Shown here: in pieces, positions 58,917 to 64,000 of the stretch | Position numbering within the stretch: the first letter of the stretch is position 1 | How the letters are laid out: each line of letters opens with the position of its first letter | Assembly (NCBI GenBank): GCA_965223865.1 | Contig: OZ245020.1 | Span: forward strand, 992,001-1,056,000 | DNA: 64,000 bases | DNA from: Nitrosarchaeum sp. | GTDB taxonomy: Archaea; Thermoproteota; Nitrososphaeria; Nitrososphaerales; Nitrosopumilaceae | Reading direction: 5' to 3' | Translations under genes and position numbers: made by a program | Notes under the pieces: model-generated | Told to the model about the DNA's origin: nothing | The model's database searches: none | The model's input: only the letters and a program-made list of their open reading frames with translations

Positions 58917-59480
58917 ATGAAAACTAGACGTCTAGAGAATTTACGAAAAAGAATAATTCTGGTAATCTTGGGAATTGTTGCATCCTATTTTGGAATTATA
59001 CCATTAGGCATGTTTTATCATATGTTTACATCTTTTTCATCATCTGATCCTGTATTCTCATACTTTTTCTTTAACGGTGCAAGAATCGGGATTATGGTAT
59101 TGTTTTTGTATTTTGCACTAGTACGTGTAAAACCATCACTTGTTCCACAACAAGAAAAATACAGAAAACTTGTCCTGCTTGCAATATTTGTGATTGTTGC
59201 ACTTGCTGTTTGTCTGCCAAGCGGATATGTCATTCCTCAACTAGAACAAGGCGGATGTATCACAAAATCCGGAAACTATAATGATGATGGTAATTTTGGC
59301 GGTTCTTCATCCCAGGGGATAACAACTGAATCTGAATGTATTGACAATTGTGTATTTTCTGGCAAGTTTAACACCCGAGAAGAAAAGTTTTGCGAGTTTA
59401 AGGGAGTATTTGGAAAAACACAATGGGTACAAACTCCTGCTGATTTTGAGACTCCAGTATTTGGTGAAATTGTAAAATGA
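58917..59480 (+). CDS. Three-TM protein with Cys-rich C-terminal domain (MKTR head)
   Basis: Three hydrophobic segments; C...ECIDNC...CEF. Confidence 0.78.
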   Translation: MKTRRLENLRKRIILVILGIVASYFGIIPLGMFYHMFTSFSSSDPVFSYFFFNGARIGIMVLFLYFALVRVKPSLVPQQEKYRKLVLLAIFVIVALAVCLPSGYVIPQLEQGGCITKSGNYNDDGNFGGSSSQGITTESECIDNCVFSGKFNTREEKFCEFKGVFGKTQWVQTPADFETPVFGEIVK

Positions 59481-59743
59481 AAATACTTTTGGCAATCATT
59501 GGAATTTCTTTATTATTTGTAATTTCAACTAGTGTTGTATTGTGGCCTGAATACGGAATGGTTTGCAACAATGCCGTAACGAAACATCTCCAAAAACATT
59601 CCAATCTGTTTGATGAAAATACTACTCATGAAACATATGCCATACAGGACATTGGATTTCCGTTTGGAGTGCATTCTTGGAACGTTCAAGAGTGTGTAAA
59701 TTATACATTTGAACAGCGCATCACAAAGGATGATGTAAAATGA
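59477..59743 (+). CDS. Small membrane-anchored protein
   Basis: ATGA overlaps on both sides; N-terminal TM helix; Cys pair. Confidence 0.75.
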   Translation: MKILLAIIGISLLFVISTSVVLWPEYGMVCNNAVTKHLQKHSNLFDENTTHETYAIQDIGFPFGVHSWNVQECVNYTFEQRITKDDVK

Positions 59744-60402
59744 AAGATAGTACCAAGAATGCTTCTTATGCAATTCTGTCTGTTATAATCGTCCTGCCTG
59801 CAATTTTTCTTGTCAGCGATTACATCTACTTTCAAGAGCCGTTATCAAGAGTAGCATTGTATCCGGATGATCCTATGTGTGACAAAGACTGCACTGAACA
59901 AGTCTCTGACGGATACAAGTGTACCGAGATAAAACAAGATGAATATGTGTGCAGAAAGCAACGCGGATTTTCCATTGGAGATGATGCTGTTTTCTATCAT
60001 TCAGCAGGGCCAATTTCCTATGGTGAAATCGTATCATTTCCAGAGGGGAAGTTTGAGGATATCTGGTTTAACATATACAATGTGAGAGTAATCGATAAAA
60101 ACTCAAAGACAATACAGGTCGATTTTGTCGAATCTGAAGATTCTTCTAGTGTGATATACAGTGCAAAGCTCAAACCGAATGACTCTTTTCTTTCATGCAT
60201 AAACCCGTGGAAATCTACACATCTTGTGTACTACACAGATCTATACGAGTATGAAAGCAAGACATATGCAGAATTCTGGGGACTTCATCCATACGCCCCT
60301 CCAGAGTTATTTCCCTGTGACATGCCAAAGATACTGGAATACTCATTGAGGACAGACTATGACATCTTGCTGCCAGAATATGAAAAGTTTGGATTTGATT
60401 AG
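59740..60402 (+). CDS. Membrane-anchored hypothetical protein related to 38278
   Basis: TM helix, Cys cluster, FW...PC..PKI..S. Confidence 0.8.
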   Translation: MKDSTKNASYAILSVIIVLPAIFLVSDYIYFQEPLSRVALYPDDPMCDKDCTEQVSDGYKCTEIKQDEYVCRKQRGFSIGDDAVFYHSAGPISYGEIVSFPEGKFEDIWFNIYNVRVIDKNSKTIQVDFVESEDSSSVIYSAKLKPNDSFLSCINPWKSTHLVYYTDLYEYESKTYAEFWGLHPYAPPELFPCDMPKILEYSLRTDYDILLPEYEKFGFD

Positions 60403-60424
60403 AAAATATCCAATATACAAAATA

Positions 60425-60441
60425 TCAGAATCACTTATGAA
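60425..60441 (+). promoter_or_regulatory. BRE/TATA-like motif variant, copy 6
   Basis: TCAGAATCACTTATGAA, 25 nt before ATG 60467. Confidence 0.6.
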
Positions 60442-60466
60442 CATGCTACATGGCGTCTAGTTGAGC

Positions 60467-60550
60467 ATGAAGCACTTGTTGATTTTTCTTATTTTGTTCA
60501 GTATTACGGTCAAAACCCCGCAAGACATTGAAGAGTTTGAATGCATATGA
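60467..60550 (+). pseudogene. 27-aa collapsed gene: signal-peptide head fused to a short tail
   Basis: MKHLLIFLILFSITVKTPQDIEEFECI*; follows the promoter motif, and its stop overlaps the ATG of the next gene. Confidence 0.5.
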
Positions 60551-60822
60551 ATAGCAAATTCACTATAATCAGGAAAACAAACTCAATTCCGTTGTTTGTT
60601 CTGGGAGGACTATCGTTGCTTATGATTCTGATTAATGCAGAAGCGTACTATTTTGGAATCAAGTTCAACGGACTTACCGCATTGTTGTTTGTAGGTTCCA
60701 TTGGATTGGTTGGAATTGTTCTTGGCATTTTTCATGGTGCAAATAAAAGAAAAGCAGACATCCCAGTTGTTATCTGGTATGTTATATTTACATCAGTAAT
60801 TGTAGGAAACCAGCTGTTTTGA
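60547..60822 (+). CDS. Small multi-TM protein, possibly 3'-decayed
   Basis: Three hydrophobic segments; further hydrophobic reading (...IFGIIFWRDKK*) continues to 60917 in another frame. Confidence 0.6.
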   Translation: MNSKFTIIRKTNSIPLFVLGGLSLLMILINAEAYYFGIKFNGLTALLFVGSIGLVGIVLGIFHGANKRKADIPVVIWYVIFTSVIVGNQLF

Positions 60823-60952
60823 AAACAAGTGGTGATACTCTTGCAGATTAGTACTGCTTTATGGTGATTGATTTTGGATTTATCTTTGGTATTATTTTTT
60901 GGAGAGATAAAAAATGAATACTAGATTCTAACTAGACTGTAAAAGAGCAAAA

Positions 60953-60969
60953 TTAGAATTGTTTATGAA
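60953..60969 (+). promoter_or_regulatory. BRE/TATA-like motif variant, copy 7
   Basis: TTAGAATTGTTTATGAA, 22 nt before ATG 60992. Confidence 0.6.
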
Positions 60970-60991
60970 TCTCTTGTCTAACTCTCTTGTT

Positions 60992-61792
60992 ATGCAATTT
61001 TTTGCAATTTTATTAGTGCTTGCGAGCCTTGGGTTTTCATTATTTTTCTTGTCTTCTTATCAAGAATCTCATGCAATACTTGTATCAATAGTAAAAGAAC
61101 CAACTCCTGGCGAAATCAAACTTGCCGAAGAGGGATATTTTGCAGAATCTTACTCTCTTATGCCATTTGGCAACAAGCATTTTTTCTACAAATCTGAACC
61201 GATGCCCAACATTGGAGAAATATCAATGTCAAGATGTATGTTTTCTGCAACATTTCTTCCTAAAGACGGGCAACCTGTACACATGACTATGAAGTTTCCA
61301 CATGACCTAATATGGCCCGGCATGTATGACAATAGTACTTTCTTTTCAATCAAGGATCGATTTGCCTCATTTACTGATGAGTCAGGAAATACCGTCATCA
61401 ATGAAAGAATTCCTCCAAAATACGAAAAGGTAGCTCCAGTAAGGGATTCAGAGTTTACAACAATTGATTTTGATCTTAGGGGTGAGGTCAGTCATGTACT
61501 GATTAACATGACTACATATCCTGCCACTTTGGGGCCAGTAGATTTTAACAAAATATGTCCTACTATACTGCCCCCAATGAGTTCAGACTATTATGATACC
61601 ATTTCATCAAAAAATGCCCAGAAAATGATTGCCGGACGATGGGGGTTTCCACCAGATACATACATCTGTCCAAACAACAAGATTGGTGCAATAAAGGCAA
61701 CAGATAATTCTGAAGTGTGTGTAAAACCAGAGTCAAAAATCAAGCTAGTAGATAGGGATTGGGCAAAGGACTATTCTGATTATAAAAACTAA
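60992..61792 (+). CDS. Secreted protein paralogous to the N-half of 57639, with terminal RGW-type module
   Basis: MQFFAILLV signal; SRCMF...KFPHDLIWPGMYDNSTFF; VCVKPESKIKLVDRDW. Confidence 0.82.
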   Translation: MQFFAILLVLASLGFSLFFLSSYQESHAILVSIVKEPTPGEIKLAEEGYFAESYSLMPFGNKHFFYKSEPMPNIGEISMSRCMFSATFLPKDGQPVHMTMKFPHDLIWPGMYDNSTFFSIKDRFASFTDESGNTVINERIPPKYEKVAPVRDSEFTTIDFDLRGEVSHVLINMTTYPATLGPVDFNKICPTILPPMSSDYYDTISSKNAQKMIAGRWGFPPDTYICPNNKIGAIKATDNSEVCVKPESKIKLVDRDWAKDYSDYKN

Positions 61793-61960
61793 GTTCTTGA
61801 TAATTTCAAGTATTATTTTGATTGGTGTTATTTGCATGGAGAAATAGTTAGGTGATTGATTAAGGTCCACATGGAAAAGGATTTGTTTGTAGCAGAATAT
61901 ATGTTTCTGCAGACTTGATTTGGAAGAAAACCTAAAACTATCTCACAAATAACTTGTAGC

Positions 61961-62347
61961 ATGAACAAAGTAGTTCACTTTGAGATTCCATATGACGACC
62001 AAGCAAGAGCACAAAAGTTCTATCAAGACGTTTTTGGCTGGCAGATAACAAAATTTCCAGAGATGGATTACCACATGGTAACCACAACTGACTCAGATCC
62101 AAAAACCATGAGACCAAAAGAACCTGGTGCAATCAATGGGGGTTTGTTGCCAAAAGATCCTACAGGAAATAATCCAGTGATTGTAATTGATGTTCCATCA
62201 GTAGATGAACATATCAAGAAAATAGAATCTGCCGGAGGCAAGACTGTTATGCCAAAGTTGGAGGTAGGTGATTTTGGGCTGTACGCCAGAGTCTCAGATA
62301 CCGAAGGTAATGTTATTGGCATCTGGCAAACACTCAAGCAATGCTAA
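61961..62347 (+). CDS. VOC (glyoxalase/bleomycin resistance) family protein
   Basis: VVHFEIP.DD..RA.KFY..VFGW, INGG, DTEGNVIGIWQ. Confidence 0.93.
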   Translation: MNKVVHFEIPYDDQARAQKFYQDVFGWQITKFPEMDYHMVTTTDSDPKTMRPKEPGAINGGLLPKDPTGNNPVIVIDVPSVDEHIKKIESAGGKTVMPKLEVGDFGLYARVSDTEGNVIGIWQTLKQC

Positions 62348-62358
62348 CTCATAATTTT

Positions 62359-62661
62359 TTATTTTTTTAAACTGAGATTTTTTAGTTTTTGTAAACTACC
62401 ATGTCTATTTATTATTAGATGAATCATCATACCAAGACCTATTACAAATAATGTGCTGCTTATTATTTGACCAACAAAGGGTACAAGACAATCAGGATTT
62501 GACAGTATTGCCCTTGAATCAAACCCTAAAGTAACAAAAACAAACAATGCCATTCCTGTAAATCTTTTACATTCAGGTATTGTAGAATCTAAAAATAAAA
62601 CTCCATCGATACCAAAAATCATCAAGAACGTTCCAATAATTAGCAAAATTCTAGTCTTCAT
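62359..62661 (-). CDS. Small multi-TM protein (MKTR head)
   Basis: MKTRILLIIG; 3 nt after the upstream stop. Confidence 0.75.
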   Translation of the reverse strand: MKTRILLIIGTFLMIFGIDGVLFLDSTIPECKRFTGMALFVFVTLGFDSRAILSNPDCLVPFVGQIISSTLFVIGLGMMIHLIINRHGSLQKLKNLSLKK

Positions 62662-62664
62662 TTT

Positions 62665-63309
62665 CTATCCCGGTATTGGCGCCCATCCTCGTGTGATTAA
62701 TTCATGCCTTGAATCAATCTTGATGCATACCAATTTGGAAAAATCATGTTTTACAATCGATGATAATTCTGGATTCTTACATCTTCCATTTGCATCAACT
62801 GCCTTGCTATACTCTGAAACTACCCAATATCCACCTCCACTCGAACCGCTTCCTTTTTCTTTTCCAAGCGAATGATCAAAATAATGATACTGATATCTTC
62901 CAGGCTTGTCAAAAGAAACGGTAAAGTTTACAAGCATTGGCAAATCTGATTGTTCTGTATCTATATCGGTAGAGTTTCTCAGAGATAAAACCTGTCTAGT
63001 ATCCTCAAATCCTGTAAATGTTCTATTGTATTCTGGAGTCATGTGGTTGGGAATTTTGTCTAACAAGTAAAACCCATATCCTACCCTTACCTGAGACTCT
63101 TGGTTTCTAGATTGATCATCCAGTACTATTTGTAGGCGGTACTCTTTTCCAACAAGTGGAAAAATAATTTGATTTGATTCAAATCCGTCATCTGTAAAAA
63201 GACCACTTTGGGGAACATATTTTCTTTTTTCTAGTTCCTCATGATATGCAAATGACTCGTTTATAAAAAACACTGTAACCAAAACAAGAAAAATCACGAG
63301 ATATTTCAT
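62665..63309 (-). CDS. Secreted protein with terminal RGW module
   Basis: MKYLVIFLV signal; CKNP...KHD...VCIK.DS..ELITRGW. Confidence 0.8.
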   Translation of the reverse strand: MKYLVIFLVLVTVFFINESFAYHEELEKRKYVPQSGLFTDDGFESNQIIFPLVGKEYRLQIVLDDQSRNQESQVRVGYGFYLLDKIPNHMTPEYNRTFTGFEDTRQVLSLRNSTDIDTEQSDLPMLVNFTVSFDKPGRYQYHYFDHSLGKEKGSGSSGGGYWVVSEYSKAVDANGRCKNPELSSIVKHDFSKLVCIKIDSRHELITRGWAPIPG

Positions 63310-63330
63310 ACGCATTTTCAAAATCGAATG

Positions 63331-63347
63331 GTCATAAATTCTTCTAA
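63331..63347 (-). promoter_or_regulatory. BRE/TATA-like motif variant, copy 8
   Basis: Reverse complement reads TTAGAAGAATTTATGAC, 21 nt before ATG 63309. Confidence 0.7.
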
Positions 63348-63562
63348 TCATTTAATCTTCGCAGCAGTTTTAGACTAACCTTTACGGGTTACTTTGCAGG
63401 GGAGTTAACTGGAACTTCTCTATTATACCACATGCATGTCGTGCTGTGATTATAGGAGTAGGCCTTTTTTCTTCACCAACGTTACAGTTTCTTGTTCAAA
63501 ATTAACTGAATCTAGTTGTTTATTCGTAAATTTTTTAGGCTTACACATTAAACAAATCATGA

Positions 63563-64000
63563 ATGTCCTCTCAGCCATTAAGGGCAAGACGTAATACGTG
63601 GTACCTTTTGCCAATCTTCTTTCATATCATAGGAGGAGCAATTGCATTTTTTGCAATAAGACATGATGACCCAAAAAAGGCAAGAAGATGCCTTGTTTTG
63701 GGAGCGATACTTTTTGCCATTAACATTGTAATTGGTCTTTCTGTTGGAATGTCATTGTCTAGTCCAGACAACCTGTTTGGGCAAATGACTGATGAGAGTC
63801 AGATTGAAATGAAATTCCAAACCGATTCTGTTGAGATTCACCTAAACGACAAGGCACAATTTCTGGCAGTAAAATGGGACCCAATAATAATTCCAGCTGA
63901 GAATGTGGTTACGGTTCATGACCAGATACCCAAGCAATCTGTAAAGGATCTCAGAATTCCAGGCACATATGTTCCAAATGTTGTAAAGGCAGGAACTTAT
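63563..64000 (+). CDS. Membrane protein, truncated by the window end
   Basis: Open frame MSSQPLRARRNTWYLLPIFFHIIGGAIAFFAIRHDDPKKARRCL...RIPGTYVPNVVKAGTY; absent from the track because it has no stop. Confidence 0.75.
   Translation, partial: MSSQPLRARRNTWYLLPIFFHIIGGAIAFFAIRHDDPKKARRCLVLGAILFAINIVIGLSVGMSLSSPDNLFGQMTDESQIEMKFQTDSVEIHLNDKAQFLAVKWDPIIIPAENVVTVHDQIPKQSVKDLRIPGTYVPNVVKAGTY

Noticed and set aside
1170-62875. Numerous antisense and nested ORFs in the track (e.g. 1901-2410, 5974-6516, 21492-21968, 33737-34177, 53653-54063)
   Set aside because: Shadow frames of well-supported genes, with no independent motifs.
34538-63347. Provirus or conjugative element as the explanation for the hypothetical-gene array
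   Set aside because: No integrase, capsid, packaging ATPase, primase or att direct repeats recognised; the products are mostly secreted mosaics of host-type domains.

Overview
AT-rich archaeal chromosomal segment. The protein families point to a Nitrosopumilus-like thaumarchaeon: S-layer-type Ig-repeat proteins, a PEF-CTERM cupredoxin, and the IPxWIKN..WW module. No rRNA, tRNA, CRISPR array, integrase or transposase was seen. The first part (1-34.4 kb) is a stress and ion-homeostasis region with three USPs, MscS, Hsp20, a CBS protein, NDH-2, a DAACS symporter and regulators. It contains a tightly coupled six-gene operon: Ddl-like ATP-grasp fused to a degenerate M20 domain, CNNM, CorA, K+ channel, an atypical GGT and N-formylglutamate amidohydrolase. 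The second part (34.5-63.3 kb) is a dense array of mostly secreted or membrane mosaic proteins built to a repeated plan. A conserved 17-bp BRE/TATA-like motif (TTAGAAGAACTTATGAA) precedes a leader gene. It is followed by promoterless genes joined head-to-tail at a conserved DNA junction (AGAAAATGAARACTRG, 'MKTR' heads), including orphan heads with no gene body. Two divergent arms of this array meet at a ~400-bp non-coding element of helically phased 11-bp repeats. Several apparent microhomology-mediated deletion scars are also visible. All functional calls come from motif recognition by eye, not from database searches.
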